In this document: piece by piece, positions 1 to 13,282 of the stretch
Layout: each line of letters opens with the position of its first letter
How positions within the stretch are numbered: position 1 is the first letter of the stretch
DNA from: Neophaeotheca triangularis
Lineage: Eukaryota
Reading direction: 5' to 3'
DNA: 64,000 nt
Assembly: GCA_054600435.1 (NCBI GenBank)
Contig: BAAIJX010000011.1
Location: forward strand, 1 to 64,000
Made by a program: the position numbers and the translations under genes
The notes under the pieces: model-generated
What the model saw: the letters and a program-made list of their open reading frames with translations, nothing else
Database searches by the model: none
Told to the model about the DNA's origin: nothing

Positions 1-15
1 TTCTGTTACTTGCTT

Positions 16-17
<2 letters not shown>

Positions 18-47
<30 letters not shown>
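18..47. repeat. poly(T) tract (~30 nt), followed by a poly(C) tract at ~88-101
   Basis: Homopolymer runs directly visible; downstream of the NIF3 stop. Confidence 0.9.
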
Positions 48-465
48 CTATTTGTTTTTGGGCCTTTATTTTTTACAAACCCCTGTGCCCCCCCCCCCCC
101 CATGCCCTGTTCGTTCTTCTCGAAGCAAAACATGAGAGAGCGGGAGAACATCCTAGCTGACAATTCTGGGTTGTCCGATATAGCATCGAGGGCAGAGTTG
201 CCGCCGTCGTGGATATTCCCAATTCCTGTTGTACCATCGGCTTCCCCAAGGGCTGCTTCACCGACATCGACATCAGCCCCGGCGTGCCCGTGCAGAAGCG
301 AGATATGGGAAGTTGCGCGTTTGCCAGTTCTTGAACGGGACCAACAGATTGAAAAAGAGAAAAAAAAATTGGATGAAAAAACCTGCTTTCTTTGGCGCTC
401 TGGCGCTTTGTTACACAAGCAATACGTACGCTATAGCAGACAAAACGGACTCTCTCTCCGCCACT

Positions 466-2013
466 TCAGAGCTCGGCCTTGTTGATCATGATGCCATAAG
501 GGTCGCGATCGATTTCCGAAACCTGCACTTCGATGTGCTCGTCGTCCAACGCTTCCTTGAACTCGTCGCTCAGATTTGGCTTGGTGCGCTCCTCGTTGCG
601 TATGCGTTCCCACTGTGCGTCGAAAAAGAAAAAAAGTCAGCTGAACCGTCGCCTTTTTTTTTTCTTTCTTTTTTTCGCAGTGGAAAGGGGAAAACTCACC
701 TCGTCGGCAATCGTATCCTCCAACTGCGGCTTGAGCACGCTGTGCAAAAACCCCCTCTCAGTATTCGAATGAAACAGCGTAATGACACACTTGCCCTTTT
801 CAATGGCCGCCAGAGCTTCATGATGGCTCAGCTCGCCGGTGAAGTACAAATCCACCTCCTCGCCGGCCTTTTCCATCCCGCTGAACAAGCCTCCCCCGCT
901 ACCCGCGCAAATGCCTACGCTGCCAATCTGCATGTCGCTCGCTTGCTTGCCTTGCGGTATCGCTATGGGGAAGCCCCGCGGGTTGCCGAGCCCGAGCCCG
1001 ATGCGGTCCATGATGTCCGTGAGCGGTATTGGTTTGGCGAAGCGCACGATGCGGCCCATGCCGGCGTCGGGGTGGTTGGGGACGGTCGTACGTTGGATGG
1101 GGTAGCGTGTGTGCTGGTTGTTGGCGAGGTTGAGGGCGCGGTCTTGGAGCGAGAGCTGCGAGGGGTGGTGTTGGAGCATGTAGGTTGGCCGTTTCGGGGG
1201 TGAGGGTTGCGGGGGCGGGTTCTCTTTGTCTGGCGAGGTGCTTTTGGCGTCTTGGGCCGGACGAGAGCTTTCTTCCGTCTTTTCGAGCTCGTTGGAGCTG
1301 TTTTCCGTCACTTGGGAGGGGTTGGCTGGCGTGCCTGTTACGATGTCGGCGAGCCAGTCTCCTAGGCCGCCTTTTTGACAGTCAACGGCTGTGTGTGGGC
1401 TGTAGACCTGAGGGGAAGCGATTAGCATGTGGATATGGGTGTGACTCGTGAGACTGATACTCACGCTGATGCCTTCGGCCGCCAGTCTCAACAAGCTCTG
1501 CTGTTGGGTATCCTGCAAGGTCAAGCTCTTGAGGCCTCTGAAAATGATCGGATCTACGCTTCAGCGTCTTGTCAGTTGGGGAGTTGGAAGAATCTAGAGC
1601 TTTGCTTTGCGACCCACGATAGGCTATGACGATGGAGTCGTTGCGCTCGATGGCTTCGTCGGCCACGGCTTTGGTCAAATCGACGGTGAGAAGGACCGAG
1701 TTCATCTGGCGACGGAGAGGATCGAAGGGAGATTCCAGGAGGACTGTGGTTGATCAGTATAACCAGTCCTCATCACCTATACTTCTCGAATCCTGCCTTA
1801 CGTCCGGTATTGTCGAAGCTCTTGTCCGCCAATGCTTCCGGGTAGCTATGTAGCATGATCGTCAGCTAATGCACTACAGACGGGCATCCTCCCAATGGTC
1901 TGGTATGGTACTCACAGCTTGCGCATAGCACTCACGACTGCCCTGGTGTAGGGTGCCGTGGTGACTGGAGTACTCATCTTGGCGTACAAATTGCGCGCCG
2001 TGGCCTTGAACAT
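466..2013 (-). CDS. NIF3: NIF3 / NGG1-interacting factor 3 family (DUF34) protein, 6 exons
   Basis: Spliced translation gives YPEALADKSFDNTG-LLLE, VLLTVDLTKAVADEAI, IVIAYHPIIFRGLK, VYSPHTAVD, GICAGSG, TGELSHHEALAA, HSNTERGFL and SEIDRDPY. Five GT-AG introns (last 613-699). In-frame ATGs at 2013 and 1977; stop TGA at 468-466. Confidence 0.93.
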
Positions 2014-2350
2014 GCGGAGGGAAGAAGATGTCGTGGGCGATGTTTGGTGAAGTCGCTGATAAACAGGTACTACTAGGTATTCTATATCAAAGCTGTGGCT
2101 AGTGACCGCCGATAACCTTCTCCAACTCCGCGTTTGTGGCTTGCACAGTGCGGGAGGGCGACGTCATTGGATAAAACTGAGAGGGGCTGCCGTCGTGGCT
2201 GTGGTGGGGGAGGCTCTGCTTTTTGACGACTTGCGATCTGATAACGAAAACGAGACAGACAGACCTCATCTAAGAGTGCAAAAGCACAATACTACCTACT
2301 TCAGAATAGCCCACCTGAACCGCCCGCAAACCATTCACCCTTCTCCAACA

Positions 2351-2737
2351 ATGAGCGCCCGAACCGACGCCGAAGCGGACAATAACCAGCTCTCCTCAGG
2401 CATCACGCCGCAAACCCTCAGCACCACTCTAAAAGAAAAACTCTCCGCCTCACACGTAGACATTGTAGATCTCTCAGGTACAGGCCAGACCCCCTAAGAA
2501 TCTCAGCAAATCAAGAAACGACCCGGAAAAGCTCACACCTTCCAAGGCGGCTGCGGCCAAATGTTCGAAGCCATCATCGTCTCCTCGGAGTTCGCGGGCA
2601 AGACGACGCTCGCGCGGCATCGGCTGGTGAATGCCACGCTTAAGGAGGAGATTGCCGCTATTCATGCTTGGACGCCCAAGTGTTTTACACCGGAGCAGTG
2701 GGAGAAGAAGAAGGAGCAGCAGCAGGGGGCCAGTTGA
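2351..2737 (+). CDS. BolA family protein (Bol2/Fra2-like), 2 exons
   Basis: ATG 2351; intron 2478-2546; protein contains [16 protein letters not shown]...[21 protein letters not shown]. Confidence 0.9.
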
Positions 2738-3335
2738 GGGGGTTTCGGTGGGAAAGAGTTGACTGAGAGGATAAGATCAGGGACTGGATTGCGTCGTTGA
2801 AGGACGAGGCGTCGGGGTTGGGTATTGGCTGGACGGCTGGGGTGGTGAGCGGTCGACGGTACTGATTGTGTCTGCGACCGGATTGCTGGGGTTTGGAGGA
2901 TTTAAGGGGGAAGTATTGCTGGACACAAAAGTGGGCGAACCGAGACAATCTAGAATACCCTCGACCTGCTTTGGTTGACGAGATTTCCTCGAGGAATCAG
3001 GGGCCTTGAAGAGTCGGAATGAGTACTTGGGGTGTGAGATGCTTTGATGGCAGCTCCCCAAGACAAACAATCGAATCATGTATATACGACACAATCGACA
3101 CGTCGCAATCAAGTCAAGTAGTACCGGCGACCCCGTGGATTTCCAGTCAACCTAAAGCAGAGTCACATTGATTCTGATTCTCATTCTCATTGATGCTACA
3201 GCTATGATACAGCCTCCGCCAGCTGAAAGAGCATGGGGTATACGCGAATTTGTAATCTCATCATCTTCATAGTCCATTCCTCAAATCCCCAATCACCACA
3301 ACCGCTCCCTTCTCCACCTCCACGGTGTCTTCCCC

Positions 3336-6270
3336 CTAATCAACCATCTTCACAGCCAACCTCAAACACTCCTCCAAACCCTTCCTGGCGTTCTCCGGCG
3401 CCTTCCTTACACTCGCCCAAACCTCACCATGTCTGGGCTCCGCCTCCTTGCAAGCCTCCAGCACGCTCGCTCTCTTCTCACTTGTCCCATACTGCTGCAA
3501 AAACTTCCACCAGTAAACCCACCCATCGCCATAATCCGGATCCAGCGTCGTAGCCTTGTTGAACCAAGTGTCAGCCTTATCCAACTTGCGCTCACCGGCA
3601 AACAAGCGCGCGATGATGACGAAGAGAATCGGGTCCTGATCGTTGCCGCGGACAGCTTCGATGGCGCGCGGTTTGCGTTGCGTGCGGGGCTCGAGGTTCC
3701 AGATACGCTCCGCCCAGAGGAGACCGGATGTCGGGCATTCTTGCAAGGCTTGCGCCATTTTCTGCTTCGCGGCCGCTTCTTGTTTGGCGCGGAGTTCGAG
3801 ACGCACTGACTCGGCCCAAAGTTCGGGGTTCTTTTTGTTGGCGAGACGGGCTCGGTCGAGGACACTGCGGGCTTTGACGGCCAGGCCGGTCTTTTCCTCG
3901 AGTCGGGAAAGGAGCAGCCACAGTGGGATCGACTGCGGGCAGACTCGAGTTCCGGTACTGTAGGCTTCACGCGCTTGCGGTATCATGCCTTTGGTTTCGT
4001 AGAGCTGGCCTCTCATCATGTAGAATTTGGCTTGCTTGGGATGGAGCGAGAGGCCCTCGGAGATGAGCTCGAAGGCGCGGTCGGCTTCGCCGATTTGACG
4101 CTCAAATGCGGCAGACTTGATGTAGATGCGGTCGGTGGGATTTTGTGCGCGGGCACCGCTCAGGATTTGACGGGCGCCGTCGGAGTTGTCGGCGTTCATT
4201 TCGAGCTCCACCAGTGAAGCAGTAAGCTCCTCGTCTCCGGAATTTTTCTGGAAGGCTTCTCGAAGCACTGCTCGAGCTTCGTCGTACTCGAGGTTGCGTA
4301 GATGGTCTTTTGCACGTGCCATCCATAGGTCACGGGAGTTTGGAACGGAATCGGTTGCTTCTTTAAGCGTTCTGATGCGATCTTCGCGTGTGCCGTGCGC
4401 GCTCTCGAGATCGGCCAAGGCGAGCCAGGCGACAGTACTACCCTTGAACACCTGAGTGTTGTGCTGGTAAATGGTGCGCGCGGTGTGATAGTGCCCATTG
4501 ACCGACGCTCTCCTGCCGTCTTCGAGCCACGTGTTCAGACGACTGTCATCATCTCCCAAGCCCCATCCTATAGTGGCATGGATGATGGCTGAACACGTCT
4601 GATAAGCCTCCTCCGCCTCGCACAGCTCTGCCTGCTCGATCCACTGGTCACGCTTTACCAGCGAGCCCTCCTTGAGCAGCTGTTTGACTGCATTACCCAT
4701 GAGCTTCGCAAGGCCTCCCGTGTTTCCTGTCGTTTCTTGCAATTTCGCGGCTGCAACCCAAATCTCGTGGCTCGTAGGGATCGTCTTTCTCGCCTTGTTG
4801 ATCACTGCCTGAGCTCGAGCTGGAGTTGCACTCTCCAAACGAGCCAAGGCCAACCAGAACTCCACACACAGAGGTACCATCTCCACTGCCTTTGCCAGCA
4901 TCAACCGAGCATCTTCAGGCGTCTCTTCCAGATTGACGGCCTCCTTCCAGACTTCAACAGACTGCGGGATAAAGTCGAGAGCTCTGCGCAAGACTCGTTT
5001 CTTGCCTGCTGCGAAGTTCTCAAGGTTCACAGCCTCCATCCAAAGCTTGACTGACTGATCATTCAGCTCAAGGGCCTTGGCTGCAACGATTTTAGCGTTT
5101 TGCAGGTGCTCCTTGTTCAGGTAAATATTCATAAGCCAGACGTCCTCGTTCTTTGGGCATACTTCGCAACCGCGTTTGATGACATTGCGCGCTGCGACTA
5201 GCTTACCAGCATGGTGCTCTAGACGCGCTGCAGCGATCCACCCGGGTCCATGCTTGGGATTGGCCTTGATGACGGATTCGAGTAGAACGCGGCTTCGTTT
5301 AATATCGCCGACGTCAAACCCAGCATCCATGATGTTTTGGTCGAGGGAAGTCAGGTACCCCTTCTCATCAACACTAGTACTCGTGCCAGAAGTAGCCGTA
5401 CCATCCTTTGCAAGCGAATCCAGACGGACTCCCAGCCCTCTCTTTCGCCCTTCGCCTGCAGCCCCTATGTTGTCCTTGACACCACCTCCCGCATTCCCAT
5501 CACCTTCCAGTGTAGTCGCCGCACCGTCATCCTGCACCTGGTTCCCAGTAGCCCCAAAGTCCCTCGCGCCAGCCAGCACACTGTCGGGAACAGCGTAGAA
5601 GCGTTCGCCTCGAGCATCCCGCTTGTTCCTGCGGTTCTTCCCAGTGTAGTCACCAGCTTCCGGTAGGTTGGCCCAGTCTTCGGCGCTCACTTCAGCCAGA
5701 CCCTGTCTCAGCGGTGCAAATTGCGCCGATATCTTGGGGTTCTCTTTCTCGTGCGCCTCTGCGTCCTGTTTCTCACGTCGCTCCCTGTGACGCATCACGT
5801 CAGCATGTGTCTCGGTAAGATATATCTGCTTGGGTCAAGCGATGAACGCGACAAGGTCTGCGTGCAGCTGCGGACAAAGCGAGCAGTAGTGGGGTATGGA
5901 CTTACCTTATGATCTTGCGACGCTTCTCCATTCGTTCGTCCACGCTTTGATATATGCGATCCGCCTCGTCATCCTCTTGATCGAACGATCCCAGAGCTAA
6001 TAATCCTCCCTCATCCTCTGCGTTCTTGAATCTCTCCTCGTCCTCTTCCTCGTCGTCCTGCTTCTTCTTGCCAATACCATATGCTGTAGGTGGGGCCATG
6101 CCGATATCCTTTGCGCGCTGCGCGAGGTGCTCTTTCATTTGCTCATCGCTGGCTCCGGCGCGGGCGGGACCCAGATCTGAGCGTGTAGTGAAGCCAGTGG
6201 CTCCACGACCAATACCGGCGACATAATTGGCCGGCGCCGGCTGGTCGAGAAAGCTGGGCCGTCCTGTCAT
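3336..6270 (-). CDS. PRP6: pre-mRNA splicing factor Prp6 (U5-102K, HAT/TPR repeats), 2 exons
   Basis: N-terminal PANYVAGIGRGATGFTTRSDLGPAR, KISAQFAPL, NPKHGPGWIAAARLE, HAT repeats and EPRHGEVW C-terminus; intron 5785-5905. Confidence 0.97.
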
Positions 6271-6715
6271 GGCCGGTCGTTGCGCGTGCTGTAACGAATG
6301 TGTTGTGGTCGGTCGGTAAGAGTGGATGGAAGAAGTAAAGAAGTTGGAGGTCAATAAAGCGCGTGGAGGCAGACAAAGATCTGAAAAGTAAGGCGGTGCA
6401 TATGGCAGAAGCAATGCGACTTGAGTCATGCACCGCCTCTCACAAATGGTTGCTACCTAGGTAGTAGCTTCACTTTACCTTCTGGTGATTGACATTGATG
6501 ACTCGATCGATGTTCCGATTGTCGTAATTTCATCTTGCAAGGTCTAGGCCAATTGCATTCCCGGCAAGAACTTTTTTATTTGATGCTAACGCAATCTTCC
6601 ACTACGTTTGCCACGAGAGACAAAGTAATACATCGTAACAGTGCAAACACAAGCAGAGTCTCTTTGTATAAGCTATAATGGGCAAACCCCAATGGTGATC
6701 CCATAAATCGCTATG

Positions 6716-8514
6716 CTACAATTTAGGTTTACCCTCACTCTTCGCCCACTCCATCTTCTTCAACTCAGCCCGTCGAATCTTCCCGCTGATCGTCTTGGGC
6801 AAAAAGGCAGCATCCACAAACTGAATCTCCCTCGGATACTTATAAGGCGCGGCATGCTCCTTACAAAAGTCCTGCAATGTCTTCGCCAGCTCAGACGTGT
6901 CCTCTTGCGCAGCTTGCGGCGTCAGAACGACGAAAGCCTTCACAAGCTCCCCTCTCGACTCATCAGGAGACGAGACAACAGCACTCTCGACAACTGCCGG
7001 ATGCTGCTTCAGCGTCGATTCCACCTCAAAGGGTCCGATTCGATAGCCGGAAGAGTTGATGACATCGTCAGATCGTCCCACGAACCAGAAATAGCCGTCC
7101 TTGTCTCTACTGGCACGGTCACCCGTCAAGTACCACGGCTTGTCCTTGGTATCCGAATCGCGAAGTCTGCGATCCAATTTCCCATCATCGCCGAGATACC
7201 CATCGAAGACTCCTGCAAAGTCCGACGCTCCGGTAAGATCGACACTCAAAGCAATATCGCCCTCTTCACCGACAACGCACTCCTTGCCATTCGCGTCGAC
7301 GGTGAAAAGCGGTACCCCAGGTGACGGTCGGCCCATTGACCCTGGTCGTACAGGCCATCCCTCGAAATTGCCGCAAATCAAGACCGTCTCAGTCTGCCCG
7401 TAACCGTCGTTGATGTCGAGTCCCGTCGTTTCTTTCCACAGTCGAATGACTTCTGGATTCAAGGGCTCGCCGGCACCCGTGCAGTGGACCAGACTCTGCG
7501 GTCGATTCTTTTGGATGTACGAGCGCATCTCATCGAGTACTAGTTGCCGGTAAGCGGTTGGTGGCGCGCAAAATGTCGTTATGGGATACTGTTGTAAAGT
7601 GTCCAGGGTCTGCTTTGCATTGAAGGCGCCCCTATCGTCGTGCACAAAGAGTCCGGCACCACAATTCCACGCGCCGAAGAAAGCCCATGCCGCCTTTGCC
7701 CAACTGGTAGTGATTTCACAGTCAGCGAGTACAGTGGAAAACATATCGATTCCACTCACCCTTGCTCGGAAAGATTCCAATACAACTGACCAGGCTTCAA
7801 ACGTAGCCAGTGCTTTCCAGTAACAGTATGCGAGTACGGGTAAGAGACATGATTGTGCTGCACCATCTTGGGGTTGCCGGTCGTTCCACTCGTGAAGTAT
7901 ATGATGGCCCGATCTTTCACATCCGGCTTGACGCCACTGTATCTGGCAGCTTGTGGGATGGCAGCGAGGGCTTCAGAGAAGTCGATCGCACCGGAAAGAG
8001 CCTTGCCGCCAATCTGAATAATATGCTTCACCGAAGGGCATTTCTGCCGAACCTTTAACAGTTTCGCGACGCTGACCTCGTCTCCGACAAAGACGGAAGC
8101 TTCAGAGCGATGGCAGCGGTACTCGATATCTTTATCGACCAAGAGCGTCGTCGCCGGACAAATCACGATTCCACTCCGAAGACCGGCAACAGCGACTTCC
8201 CACCTACGACCTCGTCAGCGCAGTTCCAAGCCGCATGGGTCTCAACAGCCGCCTTACCACTCCGGCACTCTCGGCAAAATCATGAGCATCTTCTCGCCCT
8301 TTTCAACTCCCAGCTTCTCCCGCAGTAACACGGCGATGCGCTGCGACTGCCTGCTGAAGTGCTCAAAGGAGAGCTTGCGCTCAGTCTTGCGGTCCTGCGA
8401 TAACCAGTACATAGCCGGACCCGGCGGTGGGTTTGCTGCCCAATAGTCGACGACATCGGTGGCGAAGTTGAAGGATGCGGGCCTGTTGAGGTCGTTTGCG
8501 TAGTAGTGGGCCAT
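6716..8514 (-). CDS. medium-chain acyl-CoA synthetase (ACSM-like AMP-binding enzyme), 3 exons
   Basis: FNFATDVVDYWA, YFTSGTTGNPKMV, GYGQTET, TGDRA, GRSDDVINSSGYRIGPFEVES and LPKTISGKIRR; introns near 8204-8257 and 7707-7759. Confidence 0.92.
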
Positions 8515-11500
8515 GGCTCCGGACCTTTGAAAAATCCAGCGAGAGTTGCGTATGTTGCCAAATTACCGATGTTGTTGATGCAGATGCTTCTCACTTTGAT
8601 ACGATGCAGAAGAGTTGTGGTCAAAATAATCAATCACTCAATCTACGCCGTCGATGCGGAGGACGTCTCTGTCGCCAATCTCGTGGTATTCATATTGCGG
8701 GGTTTCCACTGGAGAAAGCGGGACAAGCTTTTCGGATCTGGGGCAATGGGAATCTCTCGGTTATCGCAGAGGCTGAGCGCTCCTTTGCGCCGACGACGAT
8801 ACCCAACGTCGTCGCCAGTCACTTGTTAGAATTCTTTTCTCAATAAGAAGCAGAGAGAGATTACGGCGAGCTTGCTTTGGGCATGACGACGTGATAGATC
8901 AATAGAATTAGCAGGCTCAGACTTGAGATAAAACCGACAGCTTGCAATTGGCCTGCACTGCAGAGATGACATCTAACTAAGGGCAGGTTGAGCACTTACT
9001 GTTTGGAAGCACGGCATCTACTACGTCGCGGACGAGCTTACATCCCGGTGTAGCAGATTTAAGGCGCTGAGGAGTGTGCTAGGTAGGGAGACCTACGTCG
9101 CCGCTACAGGCATTTGGATACTTACGGTACGTTTTGAACAAGCGAGCCATGCCACTCGATGCCGCGAAACAGCTCCGAGTATTAAGCTGATAAAAGCTCA
9201 TACGGAGGTAGTGGGTAGAACTTGACCAGCTTTTATTAGGGACAGATTTGGAGTTTGCGCCCCTGAAGACCCCTCTTGGAAGAGCTCTATGCACTTGACG
9301 ATAATATCTCGTCGAGCCAACAGTCGTCTAGAAGCTGCACCGGGCATAGCGATTCGGAGCCACCGATACCACTTGGTTGCCAGTGACCACTTCCAAGACA
9401 TTTCTGATTGTCTCGATCTTGACCGCCATAGCAGACACAAGGAAGTGGCAAGTCCCGATGATAGACCGCCGGATCAGCCCTGACCGGTCCGCAGCAGTAG
9501 AGAACCTCGAACACGTACAGAGTGATAGCCCGGGACAGGGTTTGGGGTTGGCAGCAAGGCAGCCATAATTCCCGGCAAACCTGAAAGGCTGAAGCGGCTC
9601 ACCAGAGTCTTCTGTGGCGTGTGACGCTGCAAAAGTAACCTTTCGCTAGATCTACCGTGCCGTTGCGGTGAACGATTGACCATGAGTCGTGAACACTGCC
9701 GATTCTCTTACGGCGATGGCGGTGAAAATCCTCGTGCCTCGCTCTGTTGACTCGTGTGCCGCTTTGATTCCGAGGGAGGAGAGCCTCGGCATCAGCTCTA
9801 TCTGCTCAAGTCGCCTGCTTCTGCGATGACTGAGTGCGATGGGTATTATGCTGTAGTCCAAACCTGTTCTGAAATGTTTGCCGTGCGGAACCCCCGTTTG
9901 GATGCTCGGCAGAACGTTGCGGCGCTGTCTGGTCGGCTCAGGGCGCGACCGTTGAGACCCCTGGAAAGGAACAGTCCAAGAGGTGACATTGGCATCGGAT
10001 GATGATGAAGTAACTGCCAGGTGTCGAGCTCGGGACTCGCGAGTCGCGAGATGCCAGAATGCCCGTCCTAGGAGGTAGGTATCCTCCTGTGGTTTTGGAG
10101 AATGCCGAGGTTCAGTTGATCTGTTCCTGGCATGTCTCGGACGGAAACTTTCTTCTCGAGAAACAGGAAAATGGGCCGTCCCTAGAGTTAAATAAGAGTC
10201 TGTAACAGCTTGCAAACTCTATAGCGGATCGACCAGCTTCGGCGTAGGAAAGACAAGATGTTGTTATTTTTTGTGATGCGGCGGTGCGGGAATACGGCGC
10301 TGTAGTTGTTGGCAAGGGCAATCTTGGGAGGTTCGAGATAGCATAGACTTTCTCTGAACCCGGTTGACGTCTCGACTGTTCTGGCCGAGACCCATGCCCC
10401 CTGTCTGCTGTGTGCGGCGGTGTCACCAGCGGCTGCCAAAGAACACGACACGACAACCTCTGCCGTGTGACGGCAAAGACGGGATCTTCACACAAACGAC
10501 GACGAGTACTCGAAATTTGTGAACCCATCAGATGACCATGTCCTGCAAGTGAGAAGATGCGGTGTAGCTATCACAAAGACGGACATCCTAGCAACTTGCA
10601 GCTTAGGGAAAGGGCTGAAGCTGGATGAGCTCTCCATTATTATTGATTATTATAAATATCAGAGCTGTCGCAAATGCACATGCGAGGCAAGCGCCGAGTC
10701 CCACTCACCACTGCATTTTCACACCCAAATAGGCAGGCCGTAGGTAGGTCGTGAACAAGCATCAATCAATAATAATACCAATACTGCTGTACGGCACCAT
10801 CTAGATGCACTCTTCTGAACAGGCGGTCACGATCAACAACAGGCTACAGCTCACCCTTTGCGGTATGCACAAAATCCGAAGAAAGCCCAGCCATGCGGTC
10901 CATAGACTCCATACCTCCTATCCCCGATTTCTTTTCGCCTCCGCTCTTCAGCACACAACAATAATCCCGCTGCTCCGAATTCAGCTCCTTCTAGCGCGTC
11001 TAGCTCGCTTCTCGAATCCTACTAGATCCGGGCCCCCTTTTTTTCGGTGTTCGATTCGATGCAATTAATAAGTCTCACGTGGCAGGCGCGATAAGTATGT
11101 ATGCACAACGATCAAAGCGAGGGGTACAGTAGCATCATCTTTGACACGCACGTGAATTAAATTAACGAGAAAAAAGGTCTTGGAGAGAGGAGCTTCGCGT
11201 TTTGAATTCTTCCGGGCTTAGGTCGCTTTAGGCTGCCAGGCGTGATCATCTCTCTCCCCTCTCTTCTACTATCCGGTCCAGTCTCAGTTCAGTATTGCCG
11301 GACGCGCAGACCGCACTTCCTGCGTACAATGGGGCTTTATTCGGTCTCTACCGAGATTGGTAGAGACGTCGTCTCTCGTTTATCATTGCAACGGAGAGAC
11401 CCAGGCTTGTGGGTTGGGTTGTAAGGCAGAGGTGACTCGTCAGTAATCACGCTCGACGTTGTGAAAGACTATTGACCGGGAGAATACAAGCGAGCGGTCT

Positions 11501-13282
11501 TCAAAACATAGGTGTCTTCTCGGCGGATGCGATAAGCTAGGCCAACCATCACCGCTGCTTTTTTGGTCGCTCACTAGGAGTCCGTCCTTGATGCCCATCA
11601 CACAGTCCATCAAATCCATTCCTTCGCGAAGTCGAAGGCTTGGCTTGGCTTTGCAGGGGGGGACTACAGAACACATGGTGACATGGCCGAGTCCCCTGGT
11701 CCTCTCAATGATATTATTTAGCCCGGGAAGTTGGCAAAGGAGCAACTCTACCGTCCGTAGCGAGGCTTTCCGGGGCCGTCAGGAGTCTACGACGGCTGGC
11801 ATTATTCAGCCCTGTGTAGATCATGGTAGAAGGATTCGAAAACTTGAAAGCAATTAAATAAACGCTTCGTTTGATTGTTCATCCCGGCAGATGGTCTGAG
11901 GGTGCCACATGTGCCGGCATGTATACATCATATCTTGACATCCGTGCTCGCCGAGGAGCAAGTACGAATGTACAATGGACAGTATGTAATAATAATAATC
12001 AGTGTTACGGACGCAAGGACCGCATAGCGTTACAAGGTAGATAGGTAGTTTGTCAGGCCGCAATACCCCGTTCACGCCCACTGCCCCAAGTTCCTGTGCT
12101 ACTGACAAACACGACACTCATCACAAGTGATGATGAGGATGACGACGAAGACGATGATGATAGGTAAACAGGTATGATGGGAAATTGACGAGGTCTATAG
12201 TGACTTATAAGTGATTATTACCTAGTGTGGGTAGATCCTAGTCCTGGGACACGCTTAGACGCCGGTGGCCCGTAATAATTGCTTCGGCTACCTAGGTACC
12301 TAGTGGAACTCTATAGAAAGGTGAAACGTAGCCCGGGTCGACTGCCGTGGGAATAACAGCTAGTGAGGAGGATAGTAGGTACTACCTTTAACTTAATAGG
12401 AAAGAGATTTGGCGTGTTCGGCACTTCGGAACGTGTCGAGGGCCTCGATAGCGGGTATGAGGAGACCAAGGTGGGTAGTAGTAGTAGTGCCTAGTTGCCT
12501 ACTAGTAGGTAGTGTCGTGGCCATGCGTCCTGGTCGGTGGTACATGTGGCGGTGCGCGCATCCTCCAAGACGGTGAGAAGTAGGTACATAGGTAGCAAAA
12601 GAATTCATTGATAACAACCCTGTGAAGTCGTCGAAAGGACTGGTGGCGGCGAGTACCTATAGCAAAAAAAGCGGCGATGCCCGATTTCCTTACACTTACA
12701 GGAGGTAAGTATGATGTTCATCACCTAGTCTTCCAAGTCAAGCTTCCTTCTAGCTCGTCGTCTCTAGTTTCATTTTAATCCCGAGCCTTTATCAGGTCGT
12801 CGCTGGCGCAGGGTGGAGCTCTGGGCTTGAACAGCGCGAAAGTGTCCGTCTGTAGAGTTGCTAGAGTACCGCTTAGTAGTACCTTGGTACCTGGTTTCCG
12901 CGCCTCTACACCCAAAACCTTACATTGCTACCTACCCTCTACCTAGGTACCTCACTAAGCTACTAGGTAGATTCACTACTACCGTACCTACCTTACTCCG
13001 TCGTGTCCCTGACGTCCCATGTCCATGCTCATGTCCAGGACCATACCCATGCCTATACCCATGCTCACACTGCTCACGCCCATACCCATGCCGAGCGACG
13101 AGACGTCTCACTCTCGCCCTTCGTGTCTGTGATATCCTTTGCGGCCCAAGCGTGTCCGGCTCTGCCATCCCCGTCCACCTGGCTCGCGTTGTCATGCTGC
13201 CTTCCTCGCCCGATTGCCCAACGCTCCAAGAGCCTGACCTAGTTTGACAACCCCCCTCTGACCGCATGGACGAGCCGTCGGA

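Noticed and set aside
229..1203. 324-aa plus-strand ORF and other long antisense ORFs (e.g. 56528-57466, 39052-39756, 48044-48715)
   Set aside because: Shadow frames of GC-rich coding sequence on the opposite strand; no independent motifs.
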